A stretch of 64,000 nt of DNA from Fibrobacterales bacterium (lineage in GTDB: Bacteria; Fibrobacterota; Fibrobacteria; Fibrobacterales; JAOPTW01). Shown one piece after another: positions 30,301 to 40,581 of the stretch. The DNA is taken from the NCBI GenBank assembly GCA_051532035.1, contig JAOPTW010000015.1:160001-224000 (forward strand), in the 5' to 3' direction. The first letter of the stretch is position 1; the number at the start of each line of letters is the position of its first letter. The translations under genes were made by a program, and so were the position numbers. A model generated the notes under the pieces. It saw only the letters and a program-made list of their open reading frames with translations. It ran no database searches and was not told the origin of the DNA.

Positions 30301-30335
30301 ATTATTAGTGTATACCCTATGTATACACTAATAAT
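30301..30335. promoter_or_regulatory. Perfect 15-bp inverted repeat (operator or terminator)
   Basis: ATTATTAGTGTATAC-CCTAT-GTATACACTAATAAT. Confidence 0.55.
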
Positions 30336-30545
30336 TGTTATCTCTTTATGATAAAGTGTCAATTTAACGAATTATTTTACCTATCCTGCCGACTAAGCTC
30401 GCGGGTCATTGGAAATTTGAGATATTGCAGTGAAAAGCCGAGTACCTCAATAACTGACCCATATTTACCAAATATGAGGACTTCTACACTAAAACGATAA
30501 GTTACAAATTCTCTTCATTGCTACAAGGAGAAACAATACTACTCG

Positions 30546-31658
30546 TTATACTTCTCCAATTACATATCGCAATACTTTAAATCGAGTAAATATCATTTTT
30601 TTAAGCAATATTGACAAAATAAGCGCACACACAAATAGCACTAGAGCACCACGCCAGTCAACGAACCCAATTTTTTTAAACCACCATGTCATGATATAGA
30701 TAATTGGATGATGAAAAAGATAGATCGCAAAAGAGTCTTTTGATAGAATTTCAATAACCCCATTCATTTTAATGTATCGAGCCAATGATAGTATTGGGTA
30801 GACCATAGCCAAAGCAAATACCGAGTAAACACCTTCATATGAATAGTCGAATATAGACTGAAACACTACACTTTTAGTTCTCAATATCGATTCACCAAAA
30901 ACAAAAGTTGTATAAATACAAAAAGACATCAATACTATTTTATTAGATGTATTTCTTTGAAAAAGCTTTTGATTATTCTCAAAAACCATACCCAAAAAGA
31001 AAAAGGGGAGATATTTCATAAGATTTGTTGGGGAAACAAACGAGAACAAGTAGTTATAAGGAACAAATTCTTTATAGAGCTTGGAAAGAAAAAAAGCTAC
31101 CACAATTAAAAACAGCGCAATAGTCATTACATAAAAAAGGTTTTGATATCGAGATATTCTACTAAATAAATTTTCTTTTCTTTTTATAAAAACAAATAGT
31201 AAATAGTATAAAAACAAAACATTTACATACCATAAATGCCCAATCCAGCCACCAAAAAAAAGATAATACTTCCAATGAAATAGCTGAATAGACTCAAAAA
31301 AAGAGCCTTCATTTTCCGTTGCAAACACAAACAGCATACTAATAAGTTGGTAGGTTGCCATACCAATAAAAGAGGGAACAAGAAGCCTTTTAAATCTGAG
31401 TAACATGTTTTTACTCGCTGAATATTTTTTTATTGAATAGCCTGCAAAATACCCAGATACCACAAAAAATAGATGCATTGTAAAGCCCGAAAGCCAAGTA
31501 TCAACGACCTTCATAATTGAACTAGGTTCTAGTGCAACTCCCCATTTCCCATGGTATGAGGCCATTGAATGAATAGCAACAACGCATATAATCAATAGTG
31601 CACGCAATATGTCAAATTCTAATAATCTATTAGATCCACTACTTTTCATAATACTCAC
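30546..31658 (-). CDS. Acyltransferase family 3 (OpgC-like)
   Basis: FDILRA......H, FTMHLFFVVSGY, RFKRLLVP, GHLWY, SFAIYLFHHP; polytopic membrane protein. Confidence 0.85.
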   Translation of the reverse strand: MSIMKSSGSNRLLEFDILRALLIICVVAIHSMASYHGKWGVALEPSSIMKVVDTWLSGFTMHLFFVVSGYFAGYSIKKYSASKNMLLRFKRLLVPSFIGMATYQLISMLFVFATENEGSFFESIQLFHWKYYLFFGGWIGHLWYVNVLFLYYLLFVFIKRKENLFSRISRYQNLFYVMTIALFLIVVAFFLSKLYKEFVPYNYLFSFVSPTNLMKYLPFFFLGMVFENNQKLFQRNTSNKIVLMSFCIYTTFVFGESILRTKSVVFQSIFDYSYEGVYSVFALAMVYPILSLARYIKMNGVIEILSKDSFAIYLFHHPIIYIMTWWFKKIGFVDWRGALVLFVCALILSILLKKMIFTRFKVLRYVIGEV

Positions 31659-32657
31659 TTAAACCCTAACTTCACTTTTTTTAACCTTCAAATTTGAAGC
31701 AGTCAAAAGAGCATAGAGTGTTGGTGCATATTTATATAATAAAATAGCAATAGCAAAACTAAGTACAAAATTAAGAAGGGGAAACATTATGTTAGCTATG
31801 GGATATTCGTACAAAGGTTGCAAGAAATGCACTGTACATTGCTGTAATAAATTATGAAAGACATAAACAAAAATTGTAAAGTTCATTCCTATTTTTTGAA
31901 CTATTTCAGGAATGACAAACCCTTTGGAACCTAAAAGATAATTAGTAAAACAACAGCTAAATAATACTATCCCAATTGTAAACTGATGTGAAGAAGGCTC
32001 ATATTTGGTGAAATACCACAGAAACCATATCTCTACAATTGCAACAACTAATGATGTAATTGTTAAAAATAAGGCGACACTATTTTTAAGGACCCCTTTT
32101 TTAGCAATATGATATCCATATAACATAAAAGGCAATGAGACAAAGTGCCTCGTATAGTCTGTATCAAAACTAATTTTTAAAATATTATATGAATCAGATC
32201 CAATTACGACCCCAAAACATACAAAGGCAATCAACCAATAGACAAACCGCGGAAAAACATTATAATCAACAAATACAAGAAAAATATAGCCCAAAACCAT
32301 TGAAGACAAAAACCAGAGATGCCCAAACCCTCCATGCACAAAAAAGCCATAATTAAAAATTTTAAACATACCACCATTTACACCATACATATATATGTTA
32401 AAGGGCATGTACATCAAGCTCCAAATTAAAAATATTACACATAATTTGACCACTGCATGCATAGCAGTTTCAGCTACATTCCTTTTTCTCCCTATAAAGT
32501 AGCCAGAAATTATAAAGAAAAAAGGAACAGCCCACCTAAATGAAAGTTTAGATACTACGGAATAACTTTCTGGCAACGCCGGAAGGCCATGGTGTATCAC
32601 GATGACACCAAAAATTGCAATAATTCTAATTAAATCTATTAAGCCCTGTCTTTGCAT
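31659..32657 (-). CDS. Acyltransferase family 3
   Basis: IDLIRIIA..GV..IH, WAVPFFFIISGYF, GHLWFL, VYVFH. Confidence 0.85.
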   Translation of the reverse strand: MQRQGLIDLIRIIAIFGVIVIHHGLPALPESYSVVSKLSFRWAVPFFFIISGYFIGRKRNVAETAMHAVVKLCVIFLIWSLMYMPFNIYMYGVNGGMFKIFNYGFFVHGGFGHLWFLSSMVLGYIFLVFVDYNVFPRFVYWLIAFVCFGVVIGSDSYNILKISFDTDYTRHFVSLPFMLYGYHIAKKGVLKNSVALFLTITSLVVAIVEIWFLWYFTKYEPSSHQFTIGIVLFSCCFTNYLLGSKGFVIPEIVQKIGMNFTIFVYVFHNLLQQCTVHFLQPLYEYPIANIMFPLLNFVLSFAIAILLYKYAPTLYALLTASNLKVKKSEVRV

Positions 32658-32709
32658 GTAATCCTCTGAAATTTAAATTTTAGTTCGCCTTAACTCCCCA
32701 CCCACACAT

Positions 32710-33699
32710 TCACCCAATCCTAGAAGTCAATTTCCCTGTAAAAAAGTTATAAACACTTGGGAGAAATCTCCTTATAGTGGTCAATATCAACAATGATAAA
32801 CCTAGTATAATAAACGGTGATAAAATTTGTAGAACAATATTGTCAGTATAATTGAAACCTAATTTGTTATACATAACAACTACTATTTCAATAAGGCCTA
32901 ATTGGATAAGATAGATACCTAAGCCATATCGACCCCCAATTTTCCCTATTGACTTATTATTCAAAAATAACGGCTTATTCAAACCTATTTGAAAAAGACC
33001 CATTGCTATTCCATAAGTCCCAAGAAGTTTATTACCAAGATTGGTATCAAAATAAACATCCGCTACAAATGTTTCGAATCCCAATAAAAATCCCCCCCCC
33101 AATAAACAAACGATTGCAGATTTAAGTCTCCAAGGTTTACGTTGTGATGAATAATATCCAAATACAAATAGGGGTATATACGATAAATAACTTACCATAT
33201 TATATATTGGAACAACACTTATATGGTAAACATTTAGTAGTAAATGAGCCGCTATTAGCAGCAGACATATTCCAGATATTAAAAATCCCGAAAAATATTT
33301 TACAAAAACATAACATACGAGAAAACAGCTTATTAAAGAGCTCAAAAACCAAAGATGACCATAGGTACCCTCAAAAAGAAACGTATTAGAAATCACAATA
33401 CTAAATGCTTCCGCTCCCCCAAGCTGTACAATATTCAAAAGAGAATAGAGGCTCGACCAGACTACAAAAAGCCAGGCAATTCTCCCCACCGTATTGATAA
33501 CCCTTTTTTCGAAATCTCCTTTAAAGCCAAGAAAATAACCGGAAATAATAAAAAAATAAAACAACGCCCAACCAGTTAACAAAAGCATCAAATTATTCAC
33601 CCACTCAGGAAGAGAGAGAAAGCTAATATGATGTAGGACAATACAAAAGGCAGCGATAAATCTAATGGTGTCTATTGCATAATTTCTTTCTTTTTCCAT
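32710..33699 (-). CDS. Acyltransferase family 3
   Basis: RNYAIDTIRFIA...IVLHH, FFIISGYF, YGHLWFLSSL, GIYLIQ. Confidence 0.85.
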   Translation of the reverse strand: MEKERNYAIDTIRFIAAFCIVLHHISFLSLPEWVNNLMLLLTGWALFYFFIISGYFLGFKGDFEKRVINTVGRIAWLFVVWSSLYSLLNIVQLGGAEAFSIVISNTFLFEGTYGHLWFLSSLISCFLVCYVFVKYFSGFLISGICLLLIAAHLLLNVYHISVVPIYNMVSYLSYIPLFVFGYYSSQRKPWRLKSAIVCLLGGGFLLGFETFVADVYFDTNLGNKLLGTYGIAMGLFQIGLNKPLFLNNKSIGKIGGRYGLGIYLIQLGLIEIVVVMYNKLGFNYTDNIVLQILSPFIILGLSLLILTTIRRFLPSVYNFFTGKLTSRIG

Positions 33700-33716
33700 A
33701 ATAGAACCCTTTATTA

Positions 33717-34865
33717 TTATCGCTTACGACGTACAATTTTTTCAATTGTTCTAGAAAAAGTAACTGCTGGTAAATCTAAAAACTTATACACTACGTATCC
33801 CAGCACAATAGAGACACACATAGAGGTCAATGATGCAATAATTGCCGCTAAGAAATGACTTATATAAGTATTCAACAACAAATACACTCCACATGCAACC
33901 GAAGCATTTACTGGCCAATGCATAATATACAGCCCGAAAGATATTCGCCCAAAAAACCTAAAGGGGGCTAATGCAAACAATCTACTCAACCAATTATTAT
34001 AAATAAGTAATAATAGAATAAATGAAATAGACAAAATATATAGACCAACATGATGCGTTTTTACAATAATAAAAAAGAGCATTACAGAAAGAATTATTGA
34101 TCCAAGTCGAGAATTCAAAAATGAAAATTTCCCAAAAGCTTCTACTATAACCGCATCTTTAAAAACATACAGTTCACAGAGTGCTGCCCCCATAACAAAC
34201 GCAGTAACCCACTCAACATTCCAAATTAATCCAACAACAAAAGACAATAGATACCCTAATAAACGCAACTTAATTTGTGTTGCAGCATAAAGAAAAAGAA
34301 ACAACACAATAGAGCCATACATCTCAATTTCTATCGTCCACAATACTGAATTGTAAGAGTCTTTAAAAGAATAGGTAAAAAATGAATCCCAGACACCTGA
34401 CTTAATGGCAAGAAGAAAATCAGGTGTTACTGTATAAAACGCACGAAGCCACTCACTCTGTAACAAATTTCCTACGCTTTGGATATACATAAAATCTAAT
34501 TTCAATAATAGCCATGCAAACATTACAGAACCAAGTACCGGCAATAACAATCTCGGGTAACGACGTACAAAGGCACTCTTAATATAATTCCTTGCTTGAC
34601 TTTCATCCTTAATTAGAAGGAATTTAAAATATTTCAGACTTAATACAAATCCTGACAATGTCCAAAACAGATACACAGCATATTCACCATGAGTGAAGAA
34701 TGTAACCAAATAATGTGTAAACAATACCAATAATTTAGGGAACTCGCTCATGGTATTTTCAATGGTTGTATGGACCTGACCATAAAATGTCGCTTGGAGA
34801 TGATATATCAGCACCGTAAAGGCCGCAAAACCCCGAACCCCTTCTAATGACTCAATTTTTCTCAT
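33717..34865 (-). CDS. Acyltransferase family 3 (OafA/YrhL-like)
   Basis: LEGVRGFAA..V..YH, AV.LFW.LSGFVL, RRYPRL, LWTIEIE, GRISFGLYIMH. Confidence 0.85.
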   Translation of the reverse strand: MRKIESLEGVRGFAAFTVLIYHLQATFYGQVHTTIENTMSEFPKLLVLFTHYLVTFFTHGEYAVYLFWTLSGFVLSLKYFKFLLIKDESQARNYIKSAFVRRYPRLLLPVLGSVMFAWLLLKLDFMYIQSVGNLLQSEWLRAFYTVTPDFLLAIKSGVWDSFFTYSFKDSYNSVLWTIEIEMYGSIVLFLFLYAATQIKLRLLGYLLSFVVGLIWNVEWVTAFVMGAALCELYVFKDAVIVEAFGKFSFLNSRLGSIILSVMLFFIIVKTHHVGLYILSISFILLLLIYNNWLSRLFALAPFRFFGRISFGLYIMHWPVNASVACGVYLLLNTYISHFLAAIIASLTSMCVSIVLGYVVYKFLDLPAVTFSRTIEKIVRRKR

Positions 34866-34868
34866 CTT

Positions 34869-35831
34869 CTAATTCCTAGCAGTCAAAATTGATCGTAAAT
34901 CACTCAGCAACTGTTTCATTCGAATATCTATTCCTTTTTTATTAAGATGATATTGACTATCAAAATGGTAGTACCTCTCAAATGAGTAATCAATAGATTT
35001 CCCAACAACAGAAAACCCTTCCTCCCATAAAAGAGACTCAATTCTATCTATCTTAGTTCTTTCATTTTCATAAGAATTCTTATTGTATGCAGGAAACCCG
35101 ATGAGTAACTGGCCATTCATTTGCTTAAGTTTTCTCTCTACCTCATGTAGATATTCTATAGCTGAAAAATTAATATCACCATTAATAATTACATGACTAA
35201 AAGGAAACTCTTTTTCAATATCCCAGTGATATGACATATCTCCAAAAGCGTTATATGCACTTATATTAAATGCTTTTCTCCGTTCAAGCTCATCTTTGGA
35301 AAGCCCTACATCCCCACCACTCACAACTTTTTTGATCGTCTCCATTAAACGAATCCGAAAGAATTTAGGGATTAACGCCCCCAATGTGAGAACCTGATTA
35401 CTATTCAAAAATTTTAGTGAGTAAGGATAATTTTCTAAAGAATACATCAACGGAAGTTCTCCCCAGAAGAAATCTCCAAAATAATTTTCATATTCAGCCA
35501 GAACAAGAACAACATCACCACTATCGAGAACTTCTGAAACGTTGTCGAGCATATACTTTAAGCCAAAACCTGCCATAGTACCTGCATTTACAACATTGTA
35601 GGGAAGAGAGTCATGTAATACTTCAGAGTTTAGTCCTAAGCCTGTATTCGACCCCCCAACAATAATTAGGCGAGGCTTCTTACACCCATTTATTATTTCA
35701 ACTTTTGTTTCTATTTGTTCTTTACTCTCAGATGGTTGCTTTAAAGAAAATGTTATACCCAACATGAAACACAGTATAAATATTAGGCTACAAGAAAAGA
35801 AAATGGTTCGTTTTATAAATTGTATTATCAT
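34869..35831 (-). CDS. SGNH-like periplasmic partner of the MBOAT O-acyltransferase (AlgJ/DltD-like)
   Basis: N-terminal anchor, IIVGGSN, VVNAG, FDSQYHLN..G; immediately downstream of the MBOAT gene. Confidence 0.65.
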   Translation of the reverse strand: MIIQFIKRTIFFSCSLIFILCFMLGITFSLKQPSESKEQIETKVEIINGCKKPRLIIVGGSNTGLGLNSEVLHDSLPYNVVNAGTMAGFGLKYMLDNVSEVLDSGDVVLVLAEYENYFGDFFWGELPLMYSLENYPYSLKFLNSNQVLTLGALIPKFFRIRLMETIKKVVSGGDVGLSKDELERRKAFNISAYNAFGDMSYHWDIEKEFPFSHVIINGDINFSAIEYLHEVERKLKQMNGQLLIGFPAYNKNSYENERTKIDRIESLLWEEGFSVVGKSIDYSFERYYHFDSQYHLNKKGIDIRMKQLLSDLRSILTARN

Positions 35832-35839
35832 ATTATTAT

Positions 35840-37279
35840 TTAAAATTGAAAATAGATGAATGCTTGTGGACTACCACCATAACTCATAACGAGAAGAATC
35901 AAAAGGTTATATAAACTCCAGCGAATTAAAATAGGGACCTTAATGCCATTAAAATCAAGTCCATGTTGCCTTTTTCTTTGCAACCATTCAATGAGAATCA
36001 AAAGTCCAACCAAACCATAAACACTTCCCTTGACCTGTACTTCTGGCCCACTAAAAAAAGAATAATCAAAAATTCTGAATACATATTGAATTGCATGATC
36101 AAGACTATCAGCTCTAAAGAATATCCATCCTAAACAGACCAATGTAAAAGTAGAGACCATTTGAAATAGCTCTTTCACACTTGGAAGAATACTTGTTTCT
36201 GCAACACAATTGGTATTGACCCGATTTTTACCTATGAGTAAAATAGGCATAAAGAATAGAGCATGTAACACCCCCCATATTATAAAAGTCCAGTTAGCAC
36301 CATGCCAGAATCCAGAAACACTAAAAATTATTAATGTATTAATAACCTGTTTCTTTTTGCCTCCACGGCTCCCCCCAAGAGGGATATAGAGGTAATCTCG
36401 AAACCAGGTACTTAAAGATATGTGCCATCGTCTCCAAAACTCAGCAATATCTCTTGAAAAATACGGAAAAGCAAAGTTTCTCATTAAATCAAATCCAAAC
36501 AATCGAGATGTTCCAATAGCTACATCAGAATATCCCGAAAAATCGCCATATATTTGAAATGCAAACAATACCACACCTAAAACTAAAGTAGATGCAGAAT
36601 AGTTTTCTGAATTTTCAAATATCATATTTGCATATTGAGCACAGTTATCTGCGATAGCAATTTTTTTAAAAAGACCCCATAAAATTTGTCTAAGCCCGTC
36701 TCTTGCTTTAGAGTACTCAAATTTCCTCGAGTTATAAAATTGGGGTAATAGGTTTGTCGCTCTCTCAATGGGCCCAGCAACAAGTTGTGGGAAAAACGAT
36801 ACATACGCAAAAAATGATACAACATCTTTCGAAGGTTCTAGCTTTCTTTTATATACATCAATAGAGTAACTTAATGTCTGAAAGGTATAGAAACTAATTC
36901 CAACCGGGAGAACAATACTTAACGTGTGCCCTTGTATTGGCATACCAAATACAGTAAAAGCATCTATAAAACTATCAATGAAAAAATTATAGTATTTGAA
37001 TACACCTAAAAAACCAAGATTCACTCCAAGACTAGTATACAATAACATTCTTCGTGTTCTTTCAGCATCCGTCTCTGCGAGTTTTTTACCCACTATAAAA
37101 TCTACAAGAGAACTAAAAGCAATTAGAAATAGAAATCGCCAATCCCACCAACCATAAAAAACATAGCTTGCTACTATCAGAAGACAATTCTGGAGGACAA
37201 CTCTTTTTGCACCAATCAACCAATACAAACAAAATACTAGAGGCAAAAAAAGTGCAAATTCAAATGAATTAAATATCAT
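35840..37279 (-). CDS. MBOAT O-acyltransferase (AlgI/PatA/DltB family)
   Basis: LPVGISFYTFQ..SY, FFPQLVAGPIER, KKIAIAD, QIYGDFSGYSD.A, NFAFPY, FWRRWHISLSTWFRDYLYIPLGG, SGFWHGA, FIYFQF. Confidence 0.95.
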   Translation of the reverse strand: MIFNSFEFALFLPLVFCLYWLIGAKRVVLQNCLLIVASYVFYGWWDWRFLFLIAFSSLVDFIVGKKLAETDAERTRRMLLYTSLGVNLGFLGVFKYYNFFIDSFIDAFTVFGMPIQGHTLSIVLPVGISFYTFQTLSYSIDVYKRKLEPSKDVVSFFAYVSFFPQLVAGPIERATNLLPQFYNSRKFEYSKARDGLRQILWGLFKKIAIADNCAQYANMIFENSENYSASTLVLGVVLFAFQIYGDFSGYSDVAIGTSRLFGFDLMRNFAFPYFSRDIAEFWRRWHISLSTWFRDYLYIPLGGSRGGKKKQVINTLIIFSVSGFWHGANWTFIIWGVLHALFFMPILLIGKNRVNTNCVAETSILPSVKELFQMVSTFTLVCLGWIFFRADSLDHAIQYVFRIFDYSFFSGPEVQVKGSVYGLVGLLILIEWLQRKRQHGLDFNGIKVPILIRWSLYNLLILLVMSYGGSPQAFIYFQF

Positions 37280-37425
37280 ACTTCTCTAAACAAACCTTAT
37301 GTGCATTATAAGGGCCAAATATAGCTCAATTTCATCTATTTTTCTGTAAAGTATTCTATACATACAATTCAACTGTGACACAAAAAGTGCTATCTTTACA
37401 AAATAATTTTGTTAGAGGGCGTTTA

Positions 37426-38469
37426 ATGAATCTCATGTTATTTAGTACCCATAGAAAAGAATTGATGGGTATTAGCATCATATTGATCTGCCTCTATCAT
37501 GCAACAATTTTTTTCTCCGAAAACACTCTATTCCTTCCAATCCAAATAGTAAAAAACCTTGGTTTTGTAGGAGTTGACATTTTTTTATTACTTTCAGGTC
37601 TCGGCCTTGTATACTCACGAGAAACAAACCTACAGCCTCTTCGAACATTTTATCTTAAAAGATTTATACGCATTATTCCGGCCTACTGGATAATTATAAC
37701 ACTTTCACTCTTTTCACTTGGAATTTGGACAGACCACATTACTGTTCATTGGTTGTTCTTTCGTTACTCTACAATCGGCTTTTGGTTTGACATTACAAGC
37801 TACGGCTGGTATATACCCGCCACTTTTCTTTTTTACTTAGTATTTCCCCTACTAAATACTGGATTTAAATCATTTGGATTGAAATTTATAATTATCGGTA
37901 CACTATCAGCTCTTTTTTGCTGCTACTTAGCTTTTCAACTAGACATGTTCTATCTAGTCATAGTCTTGTCTCGTATTCCCCCTTTTCTATTTGGCATATA
38001 TGTTGGACATCGACTTCTCAACAAACAAACCAATTTACTTAACAGACCTATTTCATACAGCGTATCTATAGCCTCATTTGGCTTGGTAATTTTTCTTGTA
38101 CAATACAAAGGATATAACTGGACATATGATAGTGGCTTTATGTGGTATCCACTTGCATTGACAATAGTCCCCATTGCTCTATCTTTAAGTGACATTATCT
38201 CAAGGGTACTATCATTATCAGGGTTAATTTATTTAAAGAGAATAGTTCAATTCTGTGGAAACTATAGTTTAGAGATTTTCTTGGTTCATGGACTCATCTA
38301 TGCATTGGGAGAGAAGTATAAACTATTTGAAGCAAATCATATTTTGGCTGATCTTAATTACATAAATTTACCAGAATATTTAACCTACTTTATAATTACA
38401 CTATTCCTCTCTTACTTTTTAAGTAAAACATGTTTACCTCTGCAACAATTCATCATCAAGCCCCGTTAA
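37426..38469 (+). CDS. Acyltransferase family 3
   Basis: R.ELMGISI..I..YH, GVDIFLLLSGLGL, FYLKRFIRIIPAY, WYIP, GNYSLEIFLVH; ORF begins at 37375. Confidence 0.85.
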   Translation: MNLMLFSTHRKELMGISIILICLYHATIFFSENTLFLPIQIVKNLGFVGVDIFLLLSGLGLVYSRETNLQPLRTFYLKRFIRIIPAYWIIITLSLFSLGIWTDHITVHWLFFRYSTIGFWFDITSYGWYIPATFLFYLVFPLLNTGFKSFGLKFIIIGTLSALFCCYLAFQLDMFYLVIVLSRIPPFLFGIYVGHRLLNKQTNLLNRPISYSVSIASFGLVIFLVQYKGYNWTYDSGFMWYPLALTIVPIALSLSDIISRVLSLSGLIYLKRIVQFCGNYSLEIFLVHGLIYALGEKYKLFEANHILADLNYINLPEYLTYFIITLFLSYFLSKTCLPLQQFIIKPR

Positions 38470-38486
38470 AATACTAGGAAATAAAT

Positions 38487-39503
38487 TTGTATAATTCTTT
38501 ACAGGTTCTGAGAGGAATAGCCGCTTGGATGGTTGTTTTTACTCATCTAGTCCAAAGCTATTATATGGGTGATGCACCCAACATCATTTGGCAACTTTTG
38601 TCTAAAGTCGGCACTATGGGAGTTGATATCTTTTTTGTTTTAAGTGGATTTGTTATAGCCCTTTCCTCTCAACGCTACATAGGAAAAGGAATTTCTTTTG
38701 GACTACACAGATTTATAAGGGTACTCCCCAATTACTGGTTTTATACAATTTTATTATTTGGAAGTTTACTAATCCTCCCAGATGCTACCTACTTGACTCA
38801 ATGGAATCCCAGTTCCTTGGCTCAGTCTTTTGCCCTTATTCCAAATGCTAACCCTAGTGGACACGGCCTTTTCCCAACACTCTATGTCGGCTGGACATTA
38901 ACATTTGAAATGTTTTTCTATCTCGTAACTGCTTTTATACTCATTTTTAATAATTCAAAACCAGTCGGCTGGACTTCAATTTCTCTTGGAGTATTATTAT
39001 TACTTTTTAATGATTCTCTCTTTCTAGGAAATGACCTAATGATGCTTATTGAGTTTATAAGTGGTATGTTACTTTTTAAAGTACACACATACCCCCCATC
39101 GAATTATAAAAAAAATGCATGTATTTTACTCTTGCTCGCCTCTACAATAATTACAACCTATGTTCTAATAGGGCTAAATGGCATATTCATAAGATGCTTA
39201 ATTGGTGTATTTATCCTTTACACTTTTTTAAGTATGAATTTTATTTTTGAAAAACCAACGAAGCTCAATACATTTCTTATAAAGCTAGGAAGCCTATCTT
39301 ACTCAACATATTTAAGCCATACGATTGTTATTGGGTGGTTTTATTTTGTTTTTAGAGGAGGTTCACACACCTACAATGATACTATTGCCATTATAGGTGT
39401 TGTTATAGTAACGTATCTCCTTTCTTCATTTAGCTATAGCTATGTTGAAACTGGAAGCCTTACAAAATACCTAAAAGTAAAAATAAACAACTACTTTAAG
39501 TAA
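38487..39503 (+). CDS. Acyltransferase family 3 (ExoZ-like)
   Basis: SLQVLRGIAA.MVV..H, GVDIFFVLSGFVI, RFIRVLP.YW, GWTLTFEMFFY, GSLSYSTYL.H; TTG start preceded by AGGA. Confidence 0.88.
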   Translation: MYNSLQVLRGIAAWMVVFTHLVQSYYMGDAPNIIWQLLSKVGTMGVDIFFVLSGFVIALSSQRYIGKGISFGLHRFIRVLPNYWFYTILLFGSLLILPDATYLTQWNPSSLAQSFALIPNANPSGHGLFPTLYVGWTLTFEMFFYLVTAFILIFNNSKPVGWTSISLGVLLLLFNDSLFLGNDLMMLIEFISGMLLFKVHTYPPSNYKKNACILLLLASTIITTYVLIGLNGIFIRCLIGVFILYTFLSMNFIFEKPTKLNTFLIKLGSLSYSTYLSHTIVIGWFYFVFRGGSHTYNDTIAIIGVVIVTYLLSSFSYSYVETGSLTKYLKVKINNYFK

Positions 39504-40580
39504 TTAGCCTCTACCCGTAATTACCGATGTAAATCGTGGTAACAACCTATTCAGAACTTTATAAGAAACCAAACATATACCCACTACAATTGAAGGGCAC
39601 AGAAAATACAATAGTAATACAAAAATATCACTTTCAGGATTGAATATTTTATATGCGATTTTGATACTCCCAAGTATTAAAATCGCATGTACAGCAAAAA
39701 CCCAAAAAGTCGCCTCACTGCACCTCTGTATAATCTTTATTGACCGCGGCACAACTCTACCGACTATTTCTATTCCAGGAAACACAGCAAATACCCCAAC
39801 AAAAATCCCAATCTTATGAATTATTTCATTGTATTCTAAATGTTTTGTTGAAACATCAATAACACTGATAATCCCATAAATTAATACTATTAATTTGCCA
39901 AAAGCGTCTAGTCTAATGAGGTTTAGCCTCTTCATTCCTACTTGTCCACCTAAACAGAAAAAAAGCAATCCAACTGATGTTAGACCTGGGAAATTAACTA
40001 AGCGATATTCAAAAATCCACATGACACCAAGTGCTATTATAAACAGCCAGCTGCCCTTCTTTAATACAAATGACAATACTGGATAGACCAAAACAATGGT
40101 AATAAGATCCTGAATGAACCAAAATTGATAGGCTATAGGGCACTTTTCTAACCCCAATATCGAATCAATAATTTGATAGGATCCATAATTGACTATACCA
40201 GAGTTACCACCACCTATCATGGTGGCCGTAGAAGGAATTGAGGCAACTACAAAATAAATTATAAAATAAAGGACATTCCAAAACAGATACGGAATAACTA
40301 AGCTTTTAAATCGCTTCTGATAGACAGTTTTTATATCTGCAGGTGACCAGCTATACCTCCCCAACAACAATATTCCAGAAATAAAATAGAACAATGGGAC
40401 GCTCACTCGAGCTAATACCTGAGAAAAATAATCTCTCACAAAAGTGGAGGCATGTAGATTATCTCCAGAAAATTCAACTCCAGTAATAGTGTTTCCTGAT
40501 CCATATGAATGAATCAAAACGACCCCAATAATCAAAGGGAATCTTAAAAGTGATATACGTTCAGAAAGTTTTTCATCCAT
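39504..40580 (-). CDS. Acyltransferase family 3
   Basis: LLRFPLI.GVVLIH, VPLFYFISG, KRFKSLVIPYLFWN, QFWFIQDL, F.VFAVH. Confidence 0.85.
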   Translation of the reverse strand: MDEKLSERISLLRFPLIIGVVLIHSYGSGNTITGVEFSGDNLHASTFVRDYFSQVLARVSVPLFYFISGILLLGRYSWSPADIKTVYQKRFKSLVIPYLFWNVLYFIIYFVVASIPSTATMIGGGNSGIVNYGSYQIIDSILGLEKCPIAYQFWFIQDLITIVLVYPVLSFVLKKGSWLFIIALGVMWIFEYRLVNFPGLTSVGLLFFCLGGQVGMKRLNLIRLDAFGKLIVLIYGIISVIDVSTKHLEYNEIIHKIGIFVGVFAVFPGIEIVGRVVPRSIKIIQRCSEATFWVFAVHAILILGSIKIAYKIFNPESDIFVLLLYFLCPSIVVGICLVSYKVLNRLLPRFTSVITGRG

Positions 40581-40581
40581 A

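Noticed and set aside
37280..39510. Invertible phase-variation switch around the two + strand AT3 genes
   Set aside because: No flanking inverted repeats seen, the right junction is stop-to-stop, and no recombinase is in the window
30546..40580. AT3 array as integron gene cassettes
   Set aside because: Genes abut with 0-52 nt spacers, no attC-like palindromes, no integrase
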